A stretch of DNA of 64,000 nucleotides from Eledone cirrhosa. Its lineage: Eukaryota. The stretch spans positions 9,982,001 to 10,046,000 of the forward strand of contig OZ024752.1 in assembly GCA_964016885.1 (NCBI GenBank). The letters are read 5' to 3'. The stretch's first letter is position 1. Each line of letters begins with the position of its first letter. A program made the translations under genes and the position numbers. Under the pieces are notes generated by a model. It saw nothing but the letters and a program-made list of their open reading frames with translations. It was not told where the DNA came from and searched no databases. Shown piece by piece: positions 1 through 14,002 of the stretch.

Positions 1-254
1 TCTTCCACTTTTTATTATTATTATTTGTATAAATATGGAACTTAACTATATTATGCATACTGCATATCGTCTGTTGACAATGCATATAATGCTGAAACTG
101 ATACCATTAATAAATGCGGAAATATCCTCTTTATAAATAAATAAATGCTTAGATATTACAATGAAAGAATTTCTTCAGCATTTTCTACTGAAAAATCTTT
201 CTCCTTTCTACTATTTGTTTATATATATATATCAACTCGTGTGTTACTTTTCTA

Positions 255-397
<143 letters not shown>

Positions 398-1809
398 TTG
401 AAATTTTGTATTTCTAAAGAAATACGGTATGTTTATCGATAAACATTTGGAAAGCCGTAGCTATGCAAATCCCCGGGGCCTTCGCCCTCTGGTGTTGACC
501 AGCAGAAGCAAGGAGGACAATCTTCGATGCATTTCGAACTTAACTTGTACTTATCAGGACGATCCCTCCCACTCTTGTGACTGTGGGACCTTAAAAAACA
601 GGCGAGAATATATGGTTTTCTCGTTTGTGTAAATGAGGTGATTAATCTAATTTGCATATGAAGCTGCATAAGATGGCTCAACTTATGGCTAAATCCTATT
701 TCTATTTCTATATATATTATACGTAGAGTTTAAATTCCGAGTCATAAAAATCTGAGGGCTGATGTTGTATTTTCCGTGGCAAACATTTGCACCGAAGATA
801 TATGCCGTCAGTTCCTAGATGTGTGGTTGGTCCTACACAAGCCTTCACCACTTAAAACAAAACTTTGTGTGGATAGTTCAACATCAGTTCGCTTTCTCAC
901 ATTTCCGCCAGCCCTTTGCAGGCGGAGTCCGTGGGCGATGGGGATTGAAATGTCACATAAGACAACGCTATCCAGAGAGTTGAACTTTTGTTGGACACTC
1001 ATACGTCGGGTATCGATGGGAGAGTCCATCATCATATATATATCTATATGCATAACTCTTTGGCATATGTCTGGTGCGCAGCAGGTAATTATTACTCCCC
1101 GAAAGAAAATTTCATATTAATTATTATTCCAGCTCGTAATAAACCGACAACTTGTTCATTGAGGTGAAACTCGTCAATGGCATCGGGTATAAATCTCCAA
1201 AGTTTTAAGCATGCTGAGAATTTGTATAAAGAAACAAGAAACTTTATTTGATCTTGTTGCAAATCACAATTTATTGGTGAACTTCGAGAACTTTTCGCAT
1301 CTACTGTTATGGTGAAACTGTGTCATAAATCATTGCTCAGTATTTAAATTCTTTTTAAATGTGAATTGGTTTATCGGCCTAAAATTATTTCTAAATTTAT
1401 GTTGATCTGCCATATTATACATTTCCTATAACTGAATCTATTATAGCATAGACTCTCATGCATTAACGTATATCATTCTGTTTAGTGAGATGATATAGAA
1501 CTATTCCATTATATGACTCGAGCAGTATCAGGCTTTGCTTTTGTATTGCTGTGGTCAGGATACAGCCCACGGCTATGAAGTGCAGGGAAACGTAGTTTAT
1601 GTTTAATATTTAATTTATTTTGTTGCCAAATGAATGCACGTCATATGAGTTAGATTGTACATTTCAGCTATATACTACAGTCCGGCTGAGATGTTCAGCA
1701 ATGTTATAGAAAATATATTCTGAAGACACATTCATACGCGTCCTTATCTTTTGAAATGCAAAAGTTCTAGTTTCATCTACATTAAAATGTCTTTCAATAT
1801 ATGCAAATA

Positions 1810-1939
1810 GACACACACGCACTACATACATACACATACACACACACACACATATGTATACGCATATATATACACACACACACATATATACGCACATATA
1901 TACACATACGCTCGCAGACACACACACACACACACACAC

Positions 1940-1984
<45 letters not shown>

Positions 1985-2198
1985 TATAAACAAATACACA
2001 CATACATATGCACATATATACACACACATATACACGCATATGTACACGCACACACACACCCATATATATATATACACACAAACACGTAAATACAAACATA
2101 CACATATATATATATATATACAAAAACACGTATATACAAACACACACACACACATGTGTGTGTGTGTGTGTGTGTGTGTGAGTGTGAGTGTGAGTGTG
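1810..2198. repeat. Compound (CA)n/(TA)n/(TG)n microsatellite
   Basis: Seen directly; source of several spurious ORFs. Confidence 0.95.
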
Positions 2199-2199
2199 A

Positions 2200-2357
2200 T
2201 GTTTAATCGGGGGTAACCACAGTAGTCAATACATAGCAGGGTATTAATGTATAAATATTTTATATAAAAATGGCTACTACAGGACTATAATTGTTTCATT
2301 CGAGGGAATGAAACAGTTCAAGTCCTGTAGATATCTTTTCTATATTAAATGTATACA
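2200..2357. mobile_element. PLE-type foldback fragment, family B
   Basis: Hairpin ctacaggact..ttgtttcattc-gagg-gaatgaaacag..agtcctgtag; same family as 15825, 17130, 25940 and 29105. Confidence 0.6.
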
Positions 2358-2557
2358 CAATATATATAGTGCAAATTTATACGGGAACAAAACAGAGAGG
2401 CAGACAAATAAAGAACCAAAAATTAATATGGTTCATTGATTACTCAATGAATATAGTTTTACAATAGATTAAAAGCACTCTACAAAGAAGTTTTCTGGAG
2501 TTATTAATATTATTCAGAAATTAATAAATGAAGACATTCACATAATCAAAATATATG

Positions 2558-2619
2558 TTTTATTATATATATTTCGAAGGTACTGTGCTGTTTTTTCAGT
2601 ACGTCCTCGTCAGATAAAA
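2558..2619 (-). ncRNA. Hammerhead ribozyme-like motif, family A
   Basis: Minus strand reads ttttat-CTGACGA-ggacgtactg..cagtacc-ttc-GAAA-tatata-TA-ataaaa. Confidence 0.6.
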
Positions 2620-3774
2620 TACATGAATTGATGTATGACATACCTCAACGGTCTTGATGGTTCAATTCCAGTCTTGGCAGTGATTTATTACAACAAATCT
2701 CAACATTATATACCACAAATAATAACATGATAAACTTAAATTTAATGAAGAAGAGGATGTGGGGCGAGATATAAGTTTAAGGAGGGGGTGAGTATGAGGA
2801 AATGCAAGAAGAAAATAAATAAATACATACATACATAAATATTTAAATGCGTAAATATACGTGTTAGGGAAGAAAAAGGAAGAGAGAGGGAGAGATAGAA
2901 AAAAGACGTAACGGCAAAAATGAAAGAAAGAGAAATGATGTGTGACCGTTGCTTTCAAATATTAAGTCAAATAGAAGCGACCAATTAAATACCATGAAAT
3001 ATTTTAATATCTTTTGTATTTGGTTATGTTTAAGCTAATTATACTAATATATTATATCAAAATTAAATAATATAAAAATATTTCCTATAGTAATTATTTA
3101 CTAAATATTTGTTACAATATTCAAAAACATGTTTATCTTTAAAGCAAGTTTAAATACCTATTAAATATGTATAAGGATATTTACTAAAAACTATGTGTAT
3201 ATCACAATCAGTATATATATATTATATAATGTTAAGAAATATTATCTGAATTATTCTATTTTCATTATAAAATCATTTCAATTCATTGGTTGTCATTTCA
3301 TTACAGGATTAATTAGTAGTTATATTTACTCTTAAAAGTATTATTATTTCGATTTTACTTCCGTAATTACATCTTATTATATATAGTTACCCTTTAAGGA
3401 TTTTTCGTATATTATTAAACTGTATAAATCATGTTAAATATACATTATCAATCAATTTGGACGGAACAAAATTATTTACGAAGAATGTAAACGAAGGAAG
3501 ATAACTCGTTCAACGTATGTGAACGTTTAAGATATATAAGTACTTTGAAAGCCAAAAGATATTTCAAAGCGGAAATTCAGAAATTTCTAGTTACACAAGG
3601 ACCATTCTAAATTCAAACTTACGATACCGAGTCTCATCATGAGTTTAATTTACTATATAAAAACGATATACATTTTTAAGGTAAGGCAAAACGTTATATA
3701 TATAATAATAATAACAATATTTCAAGAATTATTAATAGTCAATATTAAAGATATATATATATATATATATATAT

Positions 3775-4180
3775 AACTCTCTCGATATGCAAATTAGGCT
3801 GCTCAGCCGTTAATATGAATAAGGAAAGTAAATACTTTCAGACGTTCAACCATCTGGCAGGAATGTATACGTTGCTGACGATAGCTAATAAGCTTGAAAC
3901 TAGTACAGCGTTCCTTTGTCAGTGGTGAACAAATGAGCAACGATGCTTGCTAGAAACTGTACGGCTTAATTCGGGATGTTTCTTTACAAACGCACCGAGC
4001 ATTATAATACATGTTCGGTCAATCCATACGTACATATATATATGTGTGCATGTATGTATATATATATATACATACTGCTGTACGTCTGTATACATATATG
4101 TATGTACGTATACATACTTATATTTAAGTAACAGCCGTACTAAGAGTGAGAAATTAAATTTCGTTTCATTTTTTCCGTTT
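3775..4180 (+). mobile_element. PLE-type non-coding element, family G
   Basis: Homologous to 18960-19250 (inverted) and 9653-10040; contains an HHR; (TA)n on both sides. Confidence 0.65.
3869..3911 (+). ncRNA. Minimal type-I hammerhead ribozyme, family G
   Basis: acgttg-CTGACGA-tagct aata agctt-GAAA-ctag-TA-cagcgt: 6-bp stem I, intact core, palindromic CTAG loop III. Confidence 0.8.
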
Positions 4181-4242
4181 ATATATATATATATATAAAT
4201 TCAAAATACTAACAAAAATAGACATTCGTGTGATCAAATATA

Positions 4243-4305
4243 TTTTATTATACATATTTCAGAGGTACTGAGCTAACTTCAACAGTACGTCCTCATCAGA
4301 TAAAA
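4243..4305 (-). ncRNA. Hammerhead ribozyme motif, family A
   Basis: Minus strand reads ttttat-CTGATGA-ggacgtactg..cagtacctct-GAAA-tatgta-TA-ataaaa. Confidence 0.7.
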
Positions 4306-4490
4306 TAAGATGATTCATGTCATACCCTTACATAGTAGATGATTAAGATTCAGTCATGGTAGTGAATTAGATATGACAAAACTCAATATTTATATACCTT
4401 AAGATTGAGACATGAAAACATTTACATATAATACAGAGGGTGCGTGTGAGAAAGCTCTGTATTATATGTAAATTTGTTCATGTATCAATC

Positions 4491-4552
4491 TTTATCTGAT
4501 GAGGACGTACTGTTGAAGTTAGCTCAGTACCTGTGAAATATGTATAATAAAA
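4491..4552 (+). ncRNA. Hammerhead ribozyme motif, family A
   Basis: tttat-CTGATGA-ggacgtactg..cagtacctgt-GAAA-tatgta-TA-ataaa. Confidence 0.7.
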
Positions 4553-4782
4553 TATACTTGATCACACGAATGTCTATTTTTGTAAATATTTTGAATTAAT
4601 ATTAATAACTCCAGAAAACCAAATGTTGAGTGCTTCTAATCTATTGTAAAACTCATTCTTTGATTTATTCATTGAACCTTGTTTAGCCTTTAAATATATA
4701 TATATATACATACATATATATATATACATATATATATACAATAAATTAATAAATGGAAACTATATTTATAAAACCATAATTA

Positions 4783-4843
4783 TTTTATTATATATATTTC
4801 AAGGGCGACCAAGCCAATCTTGGTGCGCTTTCATCAGATAAAA
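4783..4843 (-). ncRNA. Hammerhead ribozyme motif, family C (element ~4737-4905)
   Basis: Minus strand reads ttttat-CTGATGA-aagcgcaccaag..cttggtcgccctt-GAAA-tatata-TA-ataaaa. Confidence 0.7.
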
Positions 4844-4904
4844 TTTGTTTAATAAATAGTGGCATAACCATGGAAAACAACCTTGACGGTTGAAGATTCG
4901 CTGG

Positions 4905-4974
<70 letters not shown>

Positions 4975-5039
4975 GTGTGTGTATGTGTGTGTGTGTGTAT
5001 GTGTGTGTGTGTGTGTGTATGTGTGTGTTTGCGTGCGTG

Positions 5040-5074
<35 letters not shown>

Positions 5075-5075
5075 G
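4905..5075. repeat. (TA)n(TG)n microsatellite
   Basis: Seen directly. Confidence 0.95.
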
Positions 5076-6020
5076 TTGGGAGGGGTATAAATGAAGAAGC
5101 TCTCGAACGCAGGAAAATAGTTTTGAAAAGAACACTTTTAGATTTGTAAAATATCTCCCTATTGACGGTAAAGATGACAAACAACCGCCACAGAAAGCGA
5201 ACGCAGAACCTCACAATTCCCACCTGAGCGCTTCATAAGATTGAGATTTCAGATACCCTATTCAATAACATTAGATATTGGCTTTTGCAAATGTGAGGAT
5301 ATTCTTTGTAGATAATAAACATCGAAGCATTCAATGTGTAGAAATATTTTTTGAAATGAAAAACATCTCGAGGTATTTCAGAGGAAAGATGGTGGTTAGT
5401 TTAGTTTTGCAATAGTGGTAGCTTCAGAGCAATTCTATTGCGTGAAATGCAAGCAAACATAACTTTATTATGAAGAATTATTAGATCAATAAGGCCTACA
5501 TGACTTATATCACTGAAAAGTTATGTCAACAAAAGTACTATGTAAATCTCCTATCAGAGAAGAAATAGGGTTGTTTGCATTTCTATATCACTGACAGTTC
5601 ATGCAGATTTTAGTTGAAAGATTTCTATTAGTTTGAAACATGTTCAAATGTAGCCGATGTCGCTGTGTGTCTATGATGATTTTTCCCTTAGTAAATGTGC
5701 TGTGTGCATTTACGATGTTACAGGGAAACAAATATATCATGCCAAGCTGTCAGATACTGGCAGGTCGCCACTGTTGAAGAAATTTTTTAATCGATATAAC
5801 AAGTGTATAGTATTCACAGTGAGAAAATCTTCACGTTGCGTTTCCGAAAAAGGTTTAGGTGAAATGTTGATATTCATTAAGTACGTATAAATATATGAAT
5901 GTATGCGTACATGTATGTATGTGTGGATATTTGTATGAGTTTATGCATGAATGGGTAGATATTTGTGTGCGTGTTTATGTATGCATCATGTTTATATATA
6001 TATATATGATATATATATAT

Positions 6021-6100
6021 ATAATTGTTTCTACTTTTGGCACAAGGCCAGCAAATAACCAGTGTATTACTGGTACTTTATTTTATCGACGCCGTAAGGA
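6021..6100 (-). mobile_element. tRNA-derived SINE (family S1), 3' fragment
   Basis: Matches the 3' part of the full copy at 14459. Confidence 0.8.
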
Positions 6101-6152
6101 TATATATATATATATATATATATACAGTATATATATATATAATAAATGTAAT

Positions 6153-6341
6153 ATAATTGTTTCTACTTTTGACACAAGGCCAGCAATTATCCCAGTACAT
6201 TACTGGTACTTTATTTTATCGACCCCGTAAGGATGAAAGGCAAAGTTAACCTCGGCGGGATTTGAACTCAGCTCGTAAACAGACGTAACTCTTTGCGTCA
6301 AAGCATGGCGTCCGACCCTCTACTGATACTGCCAATCCACC
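6153..6341 (-). mobile_element. tRNA-derived SINE S1, full length
   Basis: A-box-like TGGCAGTATCAG, B box GAGTTCAAATCC, body gcctttcatccttacggggtcgataaaataaagtaccag. Confidence 0.9.
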
Positions 6342-6434
6342 ATAATAAATGTAATATAATATATATAATATATATATTTATATATATATATATATATTAA
6401 ATGTAATATAATATATTATATATATTATATATGA

Positions 6435-6736
6435 ATTTATATATATCAAACTGAGGATGACTGTGTGTGTGTGTGTGTGAGTTTGAATCCCTAAAACTCG
6501 AGAACCACCCAACCAACTGTTTTCAAACTTTACACATGTAATACTTATGTTTCAGGGAGTGTTCCTAGCAAAGAAAAATTCTAATTTTCAATGCCCTAGG
6601 GACGGCATTAGGCGATTTAGCGATCTCTCTCTATAATTCTTAGTCCTTTGTCTTTTTAGATAGATGCATACATATAACGTAGCGCCCTTATAATATCTGT
6701 ATGTCTGCTGTTTGTATTACGTCATTTCCCTGAGGA

Positions 6737-6824
<88 letters not shown>

Positions 6825-7388
6825 TGTGTGTGTGTGCTTGTGATTGTGAATCCCTAAAACTCGAGAAATACCCAACTGACCTTTATCAAACTTTACATGC
6901 GTATTACTTATATTTGATGGAGTGTTATGCACATAAAACAATTCAACTCATTGATCCCCTAGAGCCCGCATTAGGTGGTAAATTGCGTTTTTTTACGTTT
7001 TAGGGTTTTTTTAGTGGTTACTTCAGACTGATTTCTTTGAAATTGTAACTATGTATTAATCAGTCTCTTCTTCATACCGTGAGCGAAGAAAATCCAACGT
7101 TTTTATGGCCTAGGGCCCGCATTATGTGAACAACTTCATTTTTTCAGCTTTTTAGGGCTTTATTGATGGTGACGTCTAGCCGATTTTCCCGAAATTTCAA
7201 GGCATAGGTAAAAACCTGCATTTTTCCTGCTTCATCGAGGAAAATCTCAAAGATTATCCAGCCATCAGAGTACTCGGCCTATTTTCTTTACATATTGTCC
7301 ACGCATGCAGTTTTTCCACGATTAGGTCTGTTGGCGGCCCGCGTTCCACAATACATTATCCCGTGCAATGCCGGGTAACACTGTTAGT
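6435..7388 (+). mobile_element. Non-autonomous Helitron
   Basis: 3' hairpin CCCGtgcaatgcCGGG (7360-7375) followed by ctgTTAG|T (degenerate CTAG); 5' module tata..aaactgaggatg-(TG)n repeated internally. Confidence 0.75.
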
Positions 7389-7437
7389 ATATTATATATT
7401 AAATATAATATATATATAAAATATACATATATGTATA

Positions 7438-7532
7438 TATACCGGCTGTCCCCTCAAAATGTGTACACCATTCTAATAAATGTTGCCTGTACAGGTAACC
7501 AAAGAGTGTATAGATTGTTTGGACTCCTTGTA
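7438..7532. mobile_element. Small Tc1/mariner-type MITE
   Basis: TA-accggctgtccc..tgtacac ... gtgtata..ggactccttg-TA; imperfect TIRs flanked by TA. Confidence 0.45.
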
Positions 7533-7551
7533 TATATATATATGTGAGTGT

Positions 7552-7638
<87 letters not shown>

Positions 7639-7799
7639 TGTGTGTGTGTGTATGTATATATATACATAAACACATATTTCATCAAGTCAGTGTAGGTTTA
7701 ACATCTATTATAGGAAAAGAGAGTTGTATTGACGTGGATATTGAATCAACGCTGAACTCTATCCGTGCTGTGAAAATATGTTAGCATTGCATATGAAGT

Positions 7800-8340
7800 T
7801 AACTATTCAAAAATAATGTAATGAAAAATACAACAGTATATATATATATAGAGTATTGTAAATTCTAAGGGATCAAAGTGCGGCTGATTTTGGACAATAT
7901 ATCTGGCCATTGTACTATCCGCGGTGACTTCGTTCCTAATGTAAAGATGGAGTACATGCCACCCAAAACCGCACCCTACTCCAGCCTATGGACCAGGGTT
8001 TAATAGCGTCATGTAAGCGCTACTAACTCAACCACATATTTTATCATGGTGTAGATCTAACGCCGGAGAAGATAAGCATCAAAATCCGCCAGTTTTGGAA
8101 GAACTACAATAACTACCAGACCGTACATAACATTAGTGCTGCATGGTTAGACGTCATACAGTCGGTAATAAATGGAGCGCAGAAAATTTTGAACAGCCAG
8201 TTGTTAATTATTTCAAGGGTATTGATGTCTAAAACCTGGATTTCCTCTGTGAAGACCTGGTTATGCTGTTGTAGGAGATGGATTAAGTTGATTTGATCAA
8301 GGAGGTGGACAAACTGTCTTTATGTGATGAAAAAATTAAT
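7800..8340 (+). pseudogene. Tigger/pogo (DDE_1) transposase remnant
   Basis: Hand translation KVRLILDNISGH..NVKMEYMPPKT / LLQPMDQGLIASCKRY* / QFWKNYN..NISAAWLDV..INGAQKIL matches pogo/Tigger motifs; frameshifts and stops present. Confidence 0.85.
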
Positions 8341-8518
8341 GGTGATGGGGAAACAATACCGTGATTCATTTAATCTCTCATACTCACTTTCCAGCTGATA
8401 TAGACCGGGATTCTAAATTCTTGGCCCCATATAAACATTGGGTCTATTGCCACAGGTATTGAGGTGTCACATAATTTTTGCCAGGGAAATTCCGCCACGT
8501 CTGAAGTTTCGTTACCTC

Positions 8519-8580
8519 GGGTGGTGTAGTATACACGAGGGTGGTGTAGTATACACGAGGGTGGTGTAGTATACACAAGA
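8519..8580. repeat. 20-bp tandem repeat x3 (gggtggtgtagtatacacga)
   Basis: Seen directly. Confidence 0.9.
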
Positions 8581-9136
8581 GTGGCCACGTATTACCAGAC
8601 ACATCTGCAGATGTGTCCTATGTTGGTGTTTTTGGAGTGTTGGCAGAGATGTGGTGGTAGGGGTTTGACCTTGTGTTTTGTTGTGCATGCGAAGGTGTAG
8701 ATATGGAGGAATGAGTGAGGTGATGTTGTGACAGATGCTGTCATCTGACAAAATAAAAAGTCACCACACACACACATACACACATATATGTTATTTAACC
8801 TGATTGTATTTTCGTTGTTGTGGCGGCTTCTGTGGATTTGCCGCCTTAACCACAGTTTTCAATTCATCACACCTTCAACGTAAGGTGTAACTTATCGATA
8901 TAACGATATCTTCTTAGTGAGTGCTTCGTGCAAAGCTTCGAATTATTTTCTCTTTCGTGGATGCTGGTCGAGCGCCGCAACTTCGATTTTATTCACTTCG
9001 ACAGTTTTACAAATAAATTTATGTGTGTGTGTGTGGGGGGTGTATGTGTGTGCGTGTGTGTGTGTGTGTGGGGTGTGTGTTTGTATCTGCGTGCTGGAGT
9101 TGGTGAATGTAGGGTGACTTTTTGCGCGAGTGTGTG

Positions 9137-9412
9137 GAGGCGCATGGCTCATTCGTACGATTGTTCGTTCGATTCCCGGCATTGAGCTATATCCTTGAAC
9201 AAGACATTTTATCTCACGTTACAACTTGGGTTGTACCTGTAACACGAAGGACGATCTTTCTCACATTCTGTGTCACGATCAAATTCCCCAATTTATGGGT
9301 ACACGTGTCTGTACAATGTTCAGTCACTTGCATATTAATTTCAAATGCAGGGTGTTCCGTTGAGTGTATCACCTGGAACACTCATCGTCGTATTCGACCG
9401 AGTGCCATTTAA
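9137..9412 (+). mobile_element. tRNA-derived SINE (family S2), diverged
   Basis: ggcgcatggctc head, gttcgattccc B box, tccttgaacaagacattt core; homologous to 22826-23098. Confidence 0.65.
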
Positions 9413-9427
9413 GTACAATACATTATA

Positions 9428-10040
<613 letters not shown>

Positions 10041-10051
10041 TACATACTTAC

Positions 10052-10091
<40 letters not shown>

Positions 10092-10137
10092 TACTGTACG
10101 TCTGTATGCATATATGTATGTACGTATTCATACTTAC

Positions 10138-10170
<33 letters not shown>

Positions 10171-10173
<3 letters not shown>

Positions 10174-10445
10174 GCTTCGATGATTCCAGACACATGTCTG
10201 ACAGAAATGATCGTCAGCTAAAATTTGATTGTTTTTTTATTTTGTATAAATAAATATATATATATATATATACAAAATATAAAACAATCTAATTTTAGCT
10301 TAATACATTTAATTGCTGACGATCATTTCTGCCAGACATGTGTCTGGAATCATCGAAGCATACATGATTCCAGACAGTTGTTTGGAAGAAAGGATCATCA
10401 ACAATTAAATGCATTAAGCTAAAATTTGATTGCTTCATATTTTGT
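10171..10445. repeat. (TA)n-centred palindrome plus a partial third copy
   Basis: tatgcttcgatgattccagacacatgtctg..(TA)n..cagacatgtgtctggaatcatcgaagcata. Confidence 0.8.
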
Positions 10446-11096
10446 ATCTATGTTCTGTAATACATTGAATAACTTACATTGAGCTTTTTCTCTTACTGGG
10501 TAGTGCTTAATAATACCCTCTCATATTTATAATTATAGATAACTCCTACATAAGTATAAATATTATATATATATATATATATAAATATATACATTCATAC
10601 ATACAAATATATACATAAAACCATATATGCATATTGATGCATATACATATATTTTATATATATATATATGAACCATGTACAATCTTAACTAATTACCATT
10701 GTTGTTACCATCGACTTAACCCCTCAAGCTGTTGCACTAATATGTCGCCAGCTCTATAATGGCGACCAGTAAAAAATAACGAATAAACAGAACCCAACCA
10801 CAGATGTTCACATGTATCAAAGATTTCTTGGATAAATATACTATAGGAACGTAAAAATGAAGTTCTCAGACATTAATCAATAAGATGAGGTAGTAAGTTA
10901 AACTTCAAGGTAATGTAGAAATATAATTGTTAAAAAAGTAATATAAATTGGCTTGGTATATCGATAATTCTGGTTCCAATTATAAATTTTGAAATATGAA
11001 AAATGTCTAAGCACTTGATACCTGAATTTTAGTTTACTTCGTCTACGAATGAATTATAAGTTTTAAAGTTGCAAATACTTCCAAAATACACACGTG

Positions 11097-11141
<45 letters not shown>

Positions 11142-11478
11142 ATATACATTTCAGTCTCCTTCTCAAGGAAGATGAAAAATAAACGTAGCTTAAACTTACT
11201 TAAATCTTTAATTTTTACTTTTTAATTATCATTAATTCTTTTTAATTATAATACTAAACATTTGATAAGTTTAATTTTAATAATACATCGAAACCGGTAA
11301 TACTTTATATACATTATAAAACTCTTTTTCAAAAGAATCGTCTCTCTCATGTTTTTCAATGTCATCTTTTACGAATCAAAGAAAGGAAAAAAAAGAAAAA
11401 CAGACCCTAAAATATATTTTCCGTGTTATCTCCAACTTCACCTTTTCTCTATACCAATGTTTTGTATAGAACCTTACC

Positions 11479-11532
<54 letters not shown>

Positions 11533-11574
11533 GATATTAAATAAATGGAAACTATATTTATAAAACCATATTTA

Positions 11575-11634
11575 TTTTATTATATATATTTCAAGGACAA
11601 CCAAGACAACATTGGTACGCTTTCATCAGATGAA
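11575..11634 (-). ncRNA. Hammerhead ribozyme motif, family C
   Basis: Minus strand reads CTGATGA-aagcgtaccaa..ttggttgtcctt-GAAA-tatata-TA-ataaaa. Confidence 0.65.
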
Positions 11635-11767
11635 GTACAAAGTTTGTTTTATAAATAGAGATCATACCTTATCGGTTGGAAATTCATTGGGTATTTCCCA
11701 GTGAATTTCTAACCGATAAGGTATCATTTTCATGGGTATGTCTCTATTTATAAAACAAACTTTGTAC

Positions 11768-11827
11768 TTTATCTGATGAAAGCGTACCAATGTTGTCTTG
11801 GTTGCCCTTGAAATATATATAATAAAA
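11768..11827 (+). ncRNA. Hammerhead ribozyme motif, family C
   Basis: tttat-CTGATGA-aagcgtaccaa..ttggttgccctt-GAAA-tatata-TA-ataaa. Confidence 0.7.
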
Positions 11828-11965
11828 TAAATATGGTTTTATAAATATAGTTTCCATTTATTTAATATCATTGAATATTTTACTCCAGTAACTTGTTGAA
11901 TGCTCTAAATCAGTTATAAACATTTATGTTTGTCTGACCTCCAACACATTAAATGCAACTTATAG

Positions 11966-12032
<67 letters not shown>

Positions 12033-12469
12033 CAAAAGGTCGAGTTAATAACTACCAATAACACTCTACAATCCGAGAAGCCATCACTAGTTTATTATGC
12101 CCTATTATCTTACGTATTTTATTATAATTGTCTTTCTCACATTACTTTGATATATATATATTAACCTGTTCGTTTTCTCGTTGCTTTGGTGTCGTGGCGC
12201 TGGGTCTGTCTGCCACAGCTTTCATTTTGTCATGCCGTCTAACGTATGTTATTACGCTGAGCTTCCTCATCGAGTGCTTGGCAGCACATTCCTCGTTGTC
12301 TCTCGTTGGCTTGACTACAGCAGCAGCTTCGGTTTTACCAAATTTTCAATATATATATATATGTTGTGTAACCACTTCTACCTAACTAGTCCCATGGACT
12401 GAGTGCTCTACTGCTACGGATATTGCCTTCCAGTGTTCTACCACTATAAATATATATATATATATATAT

Positions 12470-12602
12470 AACAAAGATACCAGGTGGACCATATCGCACC
12501 AGAGTACTCAATACTAAGGGTAGTATAGTGGGTAATGGGAAAAGAGTCAACGCCCTGACGGTTCTACTCGGACCGTTTCGACAGCTAGATCCGAACGGAT
12601 CT
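12470..12602 (-). mobile_element. PLE-type tail fragment, family D
   Basis: Homologous to 41630-41760 and to the reverse complement of 53595-53722. Confidence 0.6.
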
Positions 12603-12618
12603 CTCGCATTCTCTCTCT

Positions 12619-12659
<41 letters not shown>

Positions 12660-12685
12660 TAATAATAATAATAATAATAATATTA

Positions 12686-12800
12686 ATAATTGTTCCTACT
12701 TTAGGCACAAGGCCAGCAATTACCCAGTACATTACTGGTACTTTATTTCATCGACCCCGTAAGGATGAAAGGCAAAGTTAACCTCGGCGGGATTTGAACT
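12686..12800 (-). mobile_element. SINE S1, 5'-truncated
   Basis: B box through 3' end present. Confidence 0.85.
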
Positions 12801-12824
12801 AAGAATGACCAAGGACGATTTGTT

Positions 12825-12938
12825 AAGCTTTCACGTTTATTGATTAGTGATGCGCGTTCCGCTGTTGATTAGCTCAAGTTTCGATCTATATCGATCTCGC
12901 TCGACTCTGGAATCAAAAGCTCGTCGGATCTCTCCTGA
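12825..12938 (-). mobile_element. Family H repeat with degenerate long-stem-II HHR
   Basis: Inverted homolog of 29533-29665. Confidence 0.55.
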
Positions 12939-12987
12939 TATATATATATAACACCTACATCCCGTGGGTGTTATATATATTACCTCA

Positions 12988-13379
12988 TAATAATTGTTTC
13001 TACTTTAGGCACAAGGCTAGCAATTACTCCAGTGCATTACTGGTACTTTATTTTATCGACCCCGTAAGGATGAGAGGCAAAGTTAACCTCGGCGGGATTT
13101 GAACTCAAAATGGCAAGGGCCGTAACTCTATGCGTCAACGCGTGGCGTCCGACCCTCTACCGATACTGCCAATCCAGCGACCAATTGCCTCATAATAATT
13201 GTTTCTACTTTAGGCACAAGGCTAGCAATTACCCCAGTGCATTACTGGTACTTTATTTTATCGACCCCATAAGGATGAGAGGCAAAGTTAACTTCGGCGG
13301 GATTTGAACTCAGATCGGAAAGGGACGTAACTATGCTGGAAAGCATGCCGTCCGACCCTCTACCGATACTGACAATCCA
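12988..13379 (-). mobile_element. Two tandem full-length SINE S1 copies
   Basis: 12988-13177 and 13193-13379; both preceded by cctcataataattg, suggesting local duplication. Confidence 0.9.
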
Positions 13380-13606
13380 ATAATGATTGACATTTACAAT
13401 ATATTCTCCCGTCAGTACTTCTACTACAACCAACAGCCTTGGATATTTTCAATCACTAAACTTTCTCGGGATGTGATGGCTTTTAACAGTGTTCGATCAC
13501 AATGGAAGTAATATTATGATAAATACCTGAAGTTTCATTTTCACATATAGTAGCTTAGAAAGTAAAATACGTAATGTACATAGGAATATTAATCCCGCCA
13601 ATAGAA

Positions 13607-14002
13607 ACCTTTGCCTTTCAGCCATACGGAGTCGATAAAATAAAGTACCAGTAATGCGTTGGGATCGATTTAATCACCTTTCCCATGTCTAAATCAGAAA
13701 CCATTGTAAATAGTAATATCAAAATAATACATGCCGCTATGCTTACCAGTAATTCACTGGGGTATTTGCTGGCCTTGTGGCAAAAACAAGAAACTATTAT
13801 TTTTAGCAAAGGGCGGTGGATTGGCAGTATTGATAGAGGATCGGACAACCTGCTTCGAAGCAGAGAGTTACGGCCCTTTATGAGTCCAAATCCTTCCCTT
13901 ACGGGGTCATTAAAATAAAGACCAATAAGTCCTCGGGTTGATTTCATCGACTTTCCCGTCCTTTCAAATTGCTGCCCTTGCGCGTAAAGTAGAAAGAATC
14001 AT
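13607..14002 (+). mobile_element. Cluster of diverged SINE S1 fragments
   Basis: Three partial copies, including a head at 13811. Confidence 0.75.

Larger units (their letters stand above)
4198..4692. mobile_element. Foldback PLE cassette with two inverted HHRs, family A
   Basis: Arms ~4198-4304 and ~4491-4597 are near-perfect reverse complements; the right arm continues ~95 nt to (TA)n. Confidence 0.8.
11524..11965. mobile_element. Foldback PLE cassette with two inverted HHRs, family C
   Basis: ~170-bp arms spanning 11524-11878 around ~11694; ~87-nt extra tail; (TA)n on both sides. Confidence 0.85.

Noticed and set aside
776-1213. Non-repetitive stretch with ORFs on both strands, CAG|GTAATT at ~1084 and a minus-strand acceptor-like site at ~1214
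   Set aside because: No recognisable protein motif and no consistent acceptor-donor pair; RNA-seq or a homology search would be needed.
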